DNA of 64,000 nucleotides. Source: an uncultured Spirochaetota bacterium. GTDB lineage: Bacteria; Spirochaetota; Spirochaetia; SZUA-6; Fen-1364. The notes under the pieces were generated by a model. The model searched no databases. It saw only the letters and a list, made by a program, of their open reading frames with translations, and was not told where the DNA came from. Of the stretch, positions 46,536-55,097 are shown piece by piece. Location of the stretch: positions 7,676 through 71,675 of the forward strand of contig CAVWBF010000025.1 in assembly GCA_963753085.1 (NCBI GenBank), read 5' to 3'. A program made the translations under genes and the position numbers. Positions within the stretch are counted from its first letter, which is position 1; each line of letters starts with the position of its first letter.

Positions 46536-47573
46536 TTAGTACAGCCCGGTGTACTGGGGGAAGTTCGTCTTGGTCAGCTGGAGCCAGACCGGGTCAACTT
46601 CCCAGGGGATGACCTTGGTCTTGTCATCGATCGTCTTGGGCGTGATGGGGGCGATGGGCAGGAGAATCTGCTGGTTCTTCGTCGTGACCTTCCCGTTCAC
46701 GTACGAATGCAGCGCGAGGAAAGAGATCATTCCTTCCCACCCGGGGGAGCTGGAAACGGAATACTTGATCCCGCCTTCCTTCATGGCCTCGATGCCCGAG
46801 GGAGAGCCGTTTGTCGTGATGACCTTGATGGGGTTGTTGAGAAGCCCGCGGGTCTTCAGCATGCGGACCACCGCAACGCCCATGTCGTCGTTGAATATGA
46901 AGAGAACGGAGAACTTCTGGCCGGACTGGATGAGGTCCTGGGCCTGGTTTACTGCCTCGTTCGGGTCATAGCGGCCGTCACGCACGGCGACAATCTTGTT
47001 CTTGCCCAGCTGGGCAACGGTGGGCTCGAAGGACGCGCGGAACATCTGAACGGGGATATGCTCGAACAAGCCCATAATGACCGCTATGTTCTGTCCGGAG
47101 TAGGTCTTGGCGATGTACTGGGCCACGTCCTTGCCCATTGCGTTCCAGTCGAAGTCGATTGCGGCTACCACGTCGTAGCCTGACTTCAGGACCTGGCCCA
47201 CGTTGTCCGTGACTACCAGTGGGATGTTCGCCGCGGCGCATTTCTTTGCCGCGATGTTCGCCCCGTTCTGGTTGAACGTGAAGATGCACATTCCGTCAAC
47301 GCCCTGGTTGATCAGGGAGTCGATGTTCGCGATCTCCTTTTCCGCGTTGTAGTCGGAGTTCAGGACGATCACCTTCGCTCCCGCTTTCTGCGCGGCGTAG
47401 ACGAACCCGTCCACGTCCCTCTTGTACCAGGTGTCGGGTCCGGGGGTGACGTAGCCGTAGACAAGCTGTTTGCCCGCGGGGGCGGCGAACAGCGTCATGT
47501 CTCCGATCACGATTGCCGCGAAGGCAAACGCGATCGCCAGCACTTTTGGTCCGATGAGCCATCTTCTGGCCAT
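46536..47573 (-). CDS. monosaccharide ABC transporter substrate-binding protein (CUT2)
   Basis: Signal peptide; EIANIDSLINQGVDG and FNDDMG motifs; AGGAGG RBS. Confidence 0.88.
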   Translation of the reverse strand: MARRWLIGPKVLAIAFAFAAIVIGDMTLFAAPAGKQLVYGYVTPGPDTWYKRDVDGFVYAAQKAGAKVIVLNSDYNAEKEIANIDSLINQGVDGMCIFTFNQNGANIAAKKCAAANIPLVVTDNVGQVLKSGYDVVAAIDFDWNAMGKDVAQYIAKTYSGQNIAVIMGLFEHIPVQMFRASFEPTVAQLGKNKIVAVRDGRYDPNEAVNQAQDLIQSGQKFSVLFIFNDDMGVAVVRMLKTRGLLNNPIKVITTNGSPSGIEAMKEGGIKYSVSSSPGWEGMISFLALHSYVNGKVTTKNQQILLPIAPITPKTIDDKTKVIPWEVDPVWLQLTKTNFPQYTGLY

Positions 47574-47604
47574 GAGATACCTCCTCTTCGATTTCTCCGG
47601 GGAG

Positions 47605-48477
47605 CTATCGCTCCTCGGGGATGCCGAGATCTTTGAGAGTGCGGCGCAGCCAGGCAAGGGACTTCTCGATGAGAGGCCCGCCCTGGCCTTCGCATTCCAT
47701 GCTGAGAACGCCGTTGTACCCGCTGTCGCGCAGCAGGCTGATGATCTTCGTGATGTTGTCCGCGTTCACACCGTCACCAATTGCGCACTGGCTGACCGCA
47801 ATGCCGGTCTCCTTGCCGCGCGCCGCCGCTGCAAGGCTTTCCGATACGTCCTTGATGTGCACGTGATTGATCCGCTTGATGAAGCGCCGGCAGAACTCCA
47901 CGGGGTCCTGCCCGGCGATGAAAGAATTGCCCGTATCGAAGTTCAGCCCGAAATGGCTGCTCTTCGTGAAATCCAGCATCTTCGCGATCATGTCGGGCTG
48001 CGTGGTGAAGTAGCCGTGGATCTCGATGTTGATGTTGATCCCGTAGACATCCGCCGTCTCCACGATGGTGCCGTAGCTTTGCTTCATCAGCTCCATGGCC
48101 TGGGTATCGCTCAGCCCCTCGGGCTTCAAAAGGCCGTCCGTGGTTGCGATGTTCGGGCAGCCTGCAACCCGCGCCCAGGGCAGCGTTTTCAGGACATAGG
48201 GAACGCCGAGGTACGGCCCGTCCTTGCCGGACAGGGGGTAGGCGGCGTCCACCTGGGAGAAACGCACGCCGTAGCGCTGCTCCATCTTGCGGAAGAGCAC
48301 GAGCGGATCTTCCGTGAGAGAAACATGGGGAAAGTATCCCAGGCCGTGGATCCAGGAAACTCCCTCGATGATGCCGGGTTCGATGAAGTGAACGTCGTTC
48401 TTCTTTGCCCACTGGAGGGCCTTCTCGAAGCTGAATGCCGCCGAGTTGAAGGCGTCGGTGTGGAAGCCAATCTTCAT
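47605..48477 (-). CDS. sugar phosphate isomerase/epimerase-family TIM barrel protein
   Basis: Metal-ligand motifs EIHG, NFDTGN, HVHIKD and SMECE; first gene of the ABC operon. Confidence 0.85.
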   Translation of the reverse strand: MKIGFHTDAFNSAAFSFEKALQWAKKNDVHFIEPGIIEGVSWIHGLGYFPHVSLTEDPLVLFRKMEQRYGVRFSQVDAAYPLSGKDGPYLGVPYVLKTLPWARVAGCPNIATTDGLLKPEGLSDTQAMELMKQSYGTIVETADVYGININIEIHGYFTTQPDMIAKMLDFTKSSHFGLNFDTGNSFIAGQDPVEFCRRFIKRINHVHIKDVSESLAAAARGKETGIAVSQCAIGDGVNADNITKIISLLRDSGYNGVLSMECEGQGGPLIEKSLAWLRRTLKDLGIPEER

Positions 48478-48549
48478 CGAAGAATCCTTTCTGGGCATGA
48501 CTCGCCCAGGAGGTGAACAGTCTCCATGGGTGATTTTTGTTGAGAGGAC

Positions 48550-49293
48550 TTATCCTACCGGAGGGACCGCATTCCCGTCAAGGCCGCGAATGATCGAAGT
48601 GGTGGACCATCCGGTCACCATGGGGAGCCGGATCACCTTTCCTCCGTAGCCTGACACCACGCGCGCGCCCACGATCCGGCTCACGGGATATTCGCTTCCC
48701 TTCGCAAGGACGTCGGGCCGCACGATATCCAGGACGCGCATGGGATCCTTTTCCGTGAAGATGAAGCATGCGTCCACGGGGCGCAGGCCGGCAAGGAGCT
48801 GGGCGCGCGCGAACTGGGGGATCACGGGCCGGCCCCGGCCTTTGATGGAGCGGGTCGAGTCGTCGCTGTTGATCGCGACTATCAGCGCATCCCCCAGCGC
48901 GCGCGCCTCACGGAGCAGCCGCAGGTGCCCCGCGTGAAGCAGATCGAAGACGCCGTTGGTGAGCACGATCCTCGCCCCGGGCCGTCGCCTGCGGAGTGCC
49001 TGGACAAATCGGCTGAGTCGTTCGTGGTCCACGATGATCCTCGACGATGCCTCTGCGCGTGCGATCTTCCGCAGGGCGCCGCGGCTGCCGCGCGGGTCGC
49101 GCGGCAGAACGCCAAGAAACCCGATGTCGGGGGCTTTCCCGACGTACCAGGACGCGTACCATTCGATCGCGTTCTCACTGATGTACGAGCCGACGCAGTC
49201 CCGCGGGATCCGCGCGGCAACGGGCGGCCGGTCGGCGGGTGGGGCAGGCTGCCGCATGGGCGCTCGGGCGGGCGTACGGTCTCCCCTGGCCAC
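48550..49293 (-). CDS. rfaE2: RfaE2/HldC-like adenylyltransferase with an N-terminal extension
   Basis: TNGVFDLLHAGH, INSDDS, KGRGRPV, PDVLAKG and STTSII motifs. Start is uncertain. Confidence 0.8.
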   Translation of the reverse strand: MARGDRTPARAPMRQPAPPADRPPVAARIPRDCVGSYISENAIEWYASWYVGKAPDIGFLGVLPRDPRGSRGALRKIARAEASSRIIVDHERLSRFVQALRRRRPGARIVLTNGVFDLLHAGHLRLLREARALGDALIVAINSDDSTRSIKGRGRPVIPQFARAQLLAGLRPVDACFIFTEKDPMRVLDIVRPDVLAKGSEYPVSRIVGARVVSGYGGKVIRLPMVTGWSTTSIIRGLDGNAVPPVG

Positions 49294-49406
49294 CAGAACG
49301 ATTCGAAAACAGCGGGAGAGTCCGCGTACTGCATCCGCGAGGTCTGCTGCTTTCTCTTCGATAAAGATCGCGCGGCAGGTGGAGAGAGTGTCCGCCAGGG
49401 TGTCTC

Positions 49407-49826
49407 CTATCCGATCGCCTTCTCGATCTGCTCCAGGTGATGCGCCCTGTCCAGCTTCGGCTGACCGTTGGCTTCCATGCGGGCCAGCATCTCAGGGTCC
49501 AGGGAGTCGATCTCCCTGTCGATGGCCTGGGCCGCTTCCAGGGCCAGCTCAGCTGCCTTGTGCGGCGGCACCGCGAGGAGGAAGGGCAGCACTGCATCGT
49601 TGATGACGTCAACATCGCCCGCGGGGCTTCCCGTTCCGCCTGCTTTCCACCTGCGCATCAGGACGAGCGCCCTCTGATCCCAGAAGGCGATATGCGCAAG
49701 AAGGCCGCTCACGGTCCAGCCCTTGCCGCCGGCGGGGCGGGTCATCAGCGTTTCGCTGAGGCGGGATACGACTTTCTGAAGATGCTCACGCTCGGCCTTG
49801 TTGCGAGCGGAATACGCGGCCCCCAT
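49407..49826 (-). CDS. DinB/maleylpyruvate isomerase N-terminal-like protein
   Basis: GWTVSGLLAHIAFWD and C-terminal HHLEQI DinB-type His motifs; AAGGAGGAG RBS. Confidence 0.75.
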   Translation of the reverse strand: MGAAYSARNKAEREHLQKVVSRLSETLMTRPAGGKGWTVSGLLAHIAFWDQRALVLMRRWKAGGTGSPAGDVDVINDAVLPFLLAVPPHKAAELALEAAQAIDREIDSLDPEMLARMEANGQPKLDRAHHLEQIEKAIG

Positions 49827-49839
49827 GGGCTCCTCCTTC

Positions 49840-50949
49840 TCAGGCGATGTAGCGCTCCTTCGAGAGCTTCCCGTGGGCGATCTTCAGCTTGCGGTCGATG
49901 TCGATACCGTACGGGCAAAGCCGGGACAGCTCGCTGTAGTCGTGCCCGGGATCCACCTTGGGCGAAAGTCTCGCGTATTCTTCCCGGGCGAGATCCTGCT
50001 GCTGGAACCAGTTTCGAAGCCTTTCCCGCAAAGCGTACAGGGCCGTGTCAGTGACGCGCATGTCATCCATCTGCCTGTCGAACACGCCTTCCAGGAGGAA
50101 GACGGTCTGCGGGTCGAAGCCGTTCACCTTGCATTTGCCGCAGAGGCGGCACACGTAGTCTCCCAGCTCGGGGGCTGCCCGGTACAGGTCCTCTTTCTCC
50201 CCGTCCGTCATGGGCGCAAAATCGGAAACGATCTGCAGGTCGGTATCGAGCATCCGGCGGGAATTGATCCCCGCAACTACGGTGGTGACGGGCAGGCCCA
50301 GCGTGTATCGAATGGCCTGCTTCGGCGACCTGTACAGCCAGCCGTCCGCCAGGGACTTCATGGCCAGGACGCCGACCCCTTTCTCGATGCACAGAGGGAG
50401 GAGCTTCCCTTCGGTGGAAGGGTAGTTGAACCTGTCATAGTAATTGAAGCCGGTCATCAGCACGTCGAAGGGAAACCGCTCCAGCGCGCACAGTCCCGCG
50501 TCGGGCCTCCCGTGGAAGCTCACGGCAATGAAACGAGCCTTGCCGGCCTTCTTTGCCGCGACGGCCGCTTCCAGCGCCCCGCCGGGGGCGAGCACCTGCT
50601 CGGCCTCCTCCCGCCTCTGCAGCGCGTGGATGAAGATCACGTCCACGTGGTCCGTCCTCAGGTTTCTCAGGCTCCCCTCGAGCTCTGAGGTGAATCCCTG
50701 CCGGGCGCGCTGCGTGGATTTCGTGGCAAGGAAGAAGTCCCCGCGGCGATGTGAAACGGCCCTTCCGATCTTTGTCTCCGAGATCCCGTCCCCGTAGCTC
50801 GCGGCAGTCTCCAGGTAGTTTCCGCCGGCGTCGAGGTAGGCGCCAAGGAGGCGCGTGGCCTCCGCCGCGTCGATCTCCACGAGGTGAAAGCCGCCGAATC
50901 CCAGAAGAGAAAGCCGGAGCCCCGTCTTTCCCAGAGGTCTTCTTTCCAT
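49840..50949 (-). CDS. aldo/keto reductase with a C-terminal Fe-S-binding motif
   Basis: RPLGKTGL, ETAASYG, ATK and SLRNLRTDHVD motifs; CRLCGKC...CPYGIDI. Confidence 0.88.
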   Translation of the reverse strand: MERRPLGKTGLRLSLLGFGGFHLVEIDAAEATRLLGAYLDAGGNYLETAASYGDGISETKIGRAVSHRRGDFFLATKSTQRARQGFTSELEGSLRNLRTDHVDVIFIHALQRREEAEQVLAPGGALEAAVAAKKAGKARFIAVSFHGRPDAGLCALERFPFDVLMTGFNYYDRFNYPSTEGKLLPLCIEKGVGVLAMKSLADGWLYRSPKQAIRYTLGLPVTTVVAGINSRRMLDTDLQIVSDFAPMTDGEKEDLYRAAPELGDYVCRLCGKCKVNGFDPQTVFLLEGVFDRQMDDMRVTDTALYALRERLRNWFQQQDLAREEYARLSPKVDPGHDYSELSRLCPYGIDIDRKLKIAHGKLSKERYIA

Positions 50950-50967
50950 ACCGTTCCTCCGCTTCCG

Positions 50968-52746
50968 TCACCCGCCCGCTGCTGCAACAGCAGGCGTGAA
51001 GTCCTCTCCTTCGAGGCCCTGCTGCTGCCACAGAGTGTAATACAGGCCGCCGATCCGCAGAAGCTCCTGGTGGGAACCCTGCTCCATCACACGGCCCTTC
51101 TTCAGCACCACGATCCTGTCCGCGGCGGCAACGGTTGAAAGCCTGTGAGCAATCAGGAGCGTGACGAAGCGCGGCCGGGTCCGGATAATCTGGTCGATGG
51201 TCCTCGTGATCTCCTTTTCCGTCTCCGTGTCCAGTGAGCTGGTGGCCTCGTCGAAAATCAGGATGTCAGGCCTCCTGAGCAGGGCACGGGCGATGGCAAG
51301 GCGCTGCCTTTCACCGCCGGAGAGCTTCAAGCCCCCTTCACCGATCCTCGTGTCCAGCCCCTGGCGGCTCCTTTCCAGGAGGCCATGCAGTTGCGCGGCC
51401 TTGAGGCTCTCCACGCACTCCGCGTCCGTTGCTTCCCGGCGGACGAAGCGCAGGTTGTCGCGGATGGTCCCCGCGAAAAGCTCGATGGACTGGGGGACGA
51501 ACCCGACGCGCATGCGCAGGAGGTCGTAGTTCACCTCCCGGGAATCGACCCCGTTGAAGAGGATGCGTCCCGAGTCCGGCTGGTACAGCCCGAGGAGGCA
51601 CTTGATGAGCGTGCTTTTGCCGGCGCCCGAGGGGCCGACGAACGCCACGCTCTCTCCCGCCCGGGCCTCGAAGCTGACCTCGGTGAGGGCCGCCTCCCGG
51701 GCGCCCGGGTGCCGGTAGGTGACCCGGGAGAACTCGAGGGACTCGACCCCGTCGGGAACCGCGCCGCCGGGGTTCTGGGGCGCCGCCTCCTGGGCCAGGA
51801 TCCGCTGGAGGTTGTCGAGGCTGGCCCGCGTCTCCTGGTATTTCGCTATCACCGCCCCGATCTCTCCCAGGGGACCGAAGATGAAGAACGAGTACATCAT
51901 GAGGGAGAAGAACTCCCCCAGCGTGATGAGCTTCATGGAGACGAGGACCAGCATGAGGAGGAGCAGGACCGCGCGGGAGAAGTTCAGCGCGGTGCCCTGG
52001 AAGAACATGAGCATGCGGACCGTTTTCACCTTGGCCAGCTCGAGGTCCAGGATCTTCTGGTTGGCGGAGTTCAACCGCTCGATCTCCTGGGTTTCCAGTC
52101 CCAGGCTCTTGATCAGCTCGATGTTGCGCAGGCTCTCCGTCGTGGAGCCGGCCAGCGCGTTGGTTTCCCCGAAGATCCGCGTCTGGACCGCCTTTATGCG
52201 CCTCCCCAGGATGGACAGCAGCACTCCGAGGATGGGTGCCATGATCAGGAGGGCCGCCCCGATGGACCAGTGCACGAAGAAGGAGTAGCCCAGCACGAGG
52301 AGGAAGGTGAGGGTGGACACGAAGATCGTGTTGATGGACTGGCCGATCATGTCGCGGGCATCCGTGCGGACTTTCTGCAGCTGCTGGAGCACGGCTCCGC
52401 TTTGCTGGTCCTCGAAGGCGCGGTAGGGCAGGCGCATCGAGTGGGCCACGCCATCCGCGTACATGCCGGCCCCCACCGACTGGGAGGCCACGTTGATGAA
52501 ATAGTCCTGGAAGTTCTTCGCAAGCCTGCTCACCATGGCCACTCCCACGAAGCCGAGGATCAGGAGACCGACGCCCTGGATGAAGTCCGCCCGGGGCATG
52601 GTCCCGATGTGGGAGACGTACTTGTCCACGATGATGCGGAAGATCTGCGGGTCCAGCAGGGAGAAAACCTGGTTGACGATGGCCAGGAATATCGCAAGGA
52701 CGATCATCCCTCGGTAGGGTCTGAGGTATGCGAAAAGAAGCTTCAT
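50968..52746 (-). CDS. ABC exporter, fused permease/ATPase (MsbA/MdlB-like)
   Basis: Multi-TM N-terminal half; GPSGAGKST, LSGGERQR, DEATSSLD and AHRLST motifs. Confidence 0.92.
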   Translation of the reverse strand: MKLLFAYLRPYRGMIVLAIFLAIVNQVFSLLDPQIFRIIVDKYVSHIGTMPRADFIQGVGLLILGFVGVAMVSRLAKNFQDYFINVASQSVGAGMYADGVAHSMRLPYRAFEDQQSGAVLQQLQKVRTDARDMIGQSINTIFVSTLTFLLVLGYSFFVHWSIGAALLIMAPILGVLLSILGRRIKAVQTRIFGETNALAGSTTESLRNIELIKSLGLETQEIERLNSANQKILDLELAKVKTVRMLMFFQGTALNFSRAVLLLLMLVLVSMKLITLGEFFSLMMYSFFIFGPLGEIGAVIAKYQETRASLDNLQRILAQEAAPQNPGGAVPDGVESLEFSRVTYRHPGAREAALTEVSFEARAGESVAFVGPSGAGKSTLIKCLLGLYQPDSGRILFNGVDSREVNYDLLRMRVGFVPQSIELFAGTIRDNLRFVRREATDAECVESLKAAQLHGLLERSRQGLDTRIGEGGLKLSGGERQRLAIARALLRRPDILIFDEATSSLDTETEKEITRTIDQIIRTRPRFVTLLIAHRLSTVAAADRIVVLKKGRVMEQGSHQELLRIGGLYYTLWQQQGLEGEDFTPAVAAAGG

Positions 52747-52852
52747 ACCTAAAAATACTACTCTACGGCCGCCCCGGCAGTCTTTCCCTTGCGTTCGGTG
52801 TGCTGGTGAATCAGATGATGCGGGTGACGAAGCGGCGCCGTGGGATCCCGAG

Positions 52853-53230
52853 TTATTCTCCCGACTTGCGCGCCGTGGACCGGAGGAAGGAAATGACCTC
52901 CGCGATATTCTTCTCCGAAAGCCCAAGGGTGGGCATCACGTAGCCGTCGAATTGCGCGACAAGTCGGACCGCGGTAGCGTCCTTCTCCCGGACCATCCGG
53001 GCGGGGTCGCGAATGAAATTGTTCAGCCATCCCGCGCTGCGGCGTTCGGTGACCCCTTTCAGGTCCGGCCCGACGACCACCCCGGCGCCGATGGAGTGGC
53101 ACGCGGCACAATAGGCTTTGAAGACCCTCTCCCCCTGTACGACGCTGGTGGTCTCCTGGGCGCTCGACAAAGAAGCGGTCAGCAGGAGTATTGAAAGTGA
53201 GGAAAAAAACATCTTCGAGGCCCTCGACAT
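52853..53230 (-). CDS. monoheme class I cytochrome c, exported
   Basis: Signal peptide, CAACH heme motif, VGPDLKGV and distal Met in YVMP; GAGGAGG RBS. Confidence 0.88.
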   Translation of the reverse strand: MSRASKMFFSSLSILLLTASLSSAQETTSVVQGERVFKAYCAACHSIGAGVVVGPDLKGVTERRSAGWLNNFIRDPARMVREKDATAVRLVAQFDGYVMPTLGLSEKNIAEVISFLRSTARKSGE

Positions 53231-53314
53231 CTGGAACCTCCTCAGTCTTTGAATGGCAGTGCGATTTTCGCACAGGGCGGCGGGAAGGTCAAGAAAAAGC
53301 GAATCACCTCCAGC

Positions 53315-54139
53315 TTACTTGATGGCCCCGGCAGTCAGCCCGCGGACGATCTGGCGCTGGGATACCCATCCCGCGATGATGACGGGCAGCGCGGAGACGG
53401 TGGCGGCAGCGGACATCTTGGCCCAGAAGAGGCCTTCCGAGGTCTTGAAGCCCACGATGTACACCGTCAGGGGCGGAACTTTCGTGATGGTGAGGTTGAA
53501 GGCAAGGAAGAACTCGTTCCACGTGAAGATCACGCACAGGAGGATGGTGGAAACCAGCCCCGGCAGCGCCATGGGGAGCATCACCAGCATCAACTCCTGC
53601 CAGAGGCCCGCGCCGTCAATGCGCGCGGCCTCGATTGTCTCATACGGAAGGTCTTGCAGGAAGGACCTCATCATCCAGATCACCAGGGGGAGGTTGATTG
53701 CCGTGTAGAGGACAATGAGGCCGTGATATGTGTCGAACCAGTGGAGGTTCTTGAAGATGATGTACAGCGGCACGATTACGCCGACGGCGGGAAGCATGCG
53801 CGTGGACATCACCCACATGAGGGTGAAATCGCTGCGCCTGGTCGGGTAGAAGGCAAGCTTGTACGCCGCTGGCACCCCCAGGAGGAGGGCGATCAGCGTG
53901 GAGAGGCCGGTGATGAGGATCGTGTTGGCAAGGTAGTGGAAGTATCCAGAGGCCCCCAGGGCCACCTCGTACTGATCCAGCGTCGGATGGAAGAAGAGGG
54001 GAGGCGGGAAGGTGAAGGCGTCGGCCTCCGATTTGAAGGACGTGAGGATCATCCAGAAGATGGGAAAGAACATGATGAGGGCCAGGATGATCGTGAGGAC
54101 GGAGAGGAAATGCCCGACCCCCTTCCCGTGGCCTCTCAT
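53315..54139 (-). CDS. polyol ABC transporter permease (SmoG/MtlG-like)
   Basis: PIFWMILTSFK, EAARIDGA, SEGLFWAKMSAA and GLTAGAIK motifs. Confidence 0.9.
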   Translation of the reverse strand: MRGHGKGVGHFLSVLTIILALIMFFPIFWMILTSFKSEADAFTFPPPLFFHPTLDQYEVALGASGYFHYLANTILITGLSTLIALLLGVPAAYKLAFYPTRRSDFTLMWVMSTRMLPAVGVIVPLYIIFKNLHWFDTYHGLIVLYTAINLPLVIWMMRSFLQDLPYETIEAARIDGAGLWQELMLVMLPMALPGLVSTILLCVIFTWNEFFLAFNLTITKVPPLTVYIVGFKTSEGLFWAKMSAAATVSALPVIIAGWVSQRQIVRGLTAGAIK

Positions 54140-55025
54140 GCTGCCTCCCCGCTTCCGCCCTGGCGCCGGATGACGCGCAGGAAAAGAAGGGTGATGACGT
54201 TGGCAAAGATCACCGCGATCACCGCGTATGCGCTGGCGCGTCCCACGTTCCACCTCTTGAACGCCTCCAGGTAGATGTTGAAGGTGAGAGTCGTGGTGTA
54301 GTCGGCCGGTCCGCCTGTCGTGGTGGTGAAGATCTCCCCGAAGATATTCAGCACGAACAGCGTCTCCAGGAGCACGCCGATCTCGATGTAGCGGGTCAGG
54401 TGGGGCAGGATGATGGAGCGGAAGGTGGTCAACGCCGATGCCCCGTCTATCTGAGCCGCCTCCAGGTGTTCTTTCGCCAGCCCCTGGAGCCCTGACAGGA
54501 GGATCAGCATCATGAACGGCGTCCATTCCCACGTCACGATCACGATGATGGAGGCCAGGGCGAACTGGTTGATCCAGTCGATCCGGGGGCCGCCAAGGGC
54601 CGCCAGGGTTGAGCTGATCAGGCCGAATGCCGGGTTGAAGAGCATGTTCTTCCACATGACGGCCGACACGGTGGGCATGATCAGGAACGGGGTGATCATC
54701 AGCGTTCGGGCAAAGTTGCGGCCGCGGAACTCACGCGACAAGAGGAGCGCAAGGCACATCCCGAAGACGAGGGAGAGGGCCACGACGGCACATGAGAAGA
54801 TGACCGTGTTGAGCATGATCCGGCCGGTGTCGCGGGCCACGAAGAAGTCGAGGTAGTTCAGCAGTCCGATGAACCGGGCCGCCGGTCCGGACGGAGGAGG
54901 TTCCAGTTGGTGGTGCTGTAGTACAGGGTCAGGAGAACGGGCGTCTGCGTGAGGACGATCAGGTAGATGATTCCCGGCCGCAGCAGCCAGGGATGGGCAC
55001 TCCGCACTGTTCGCGCTCCGCTCAT
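54136..55025 (-). pseudogene. polyol ABC transporter permease (SmoF/MtlF-like), frameshifted near 54887
   Basis: The ATG 55025 frame reads MSGART...WNLLRP and another frame continues GPAARFIGLLNY...EAAQIDGA...TTGGP. One extra G restores 296 aa. Confidence 0.85.
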
Positions 55026-55047
55026 GGCGCTCCCTTCCCGGAAAAGC

Positions 55048-55075
55048 CCGCCCCCGCCCGGACGGGCGGAGGCGG
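55048..55075 (-). terminator. stem-loop after the polyol SBP gene
   Basis: GC-rich inverted repeat CCGCCCCCGCCCG/CGGGCGGAGGCGG, followed by GCTTTT on the minus strand. Confidence 0.55.
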
Positions 55076-55097
55076 TTCGAGCTCGATAATCTCTGTT

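Noticed and set aside
51385-52752. 455-aa plus-strand ORF
   Set aside because: Antisense shadow of the ABC exporter.
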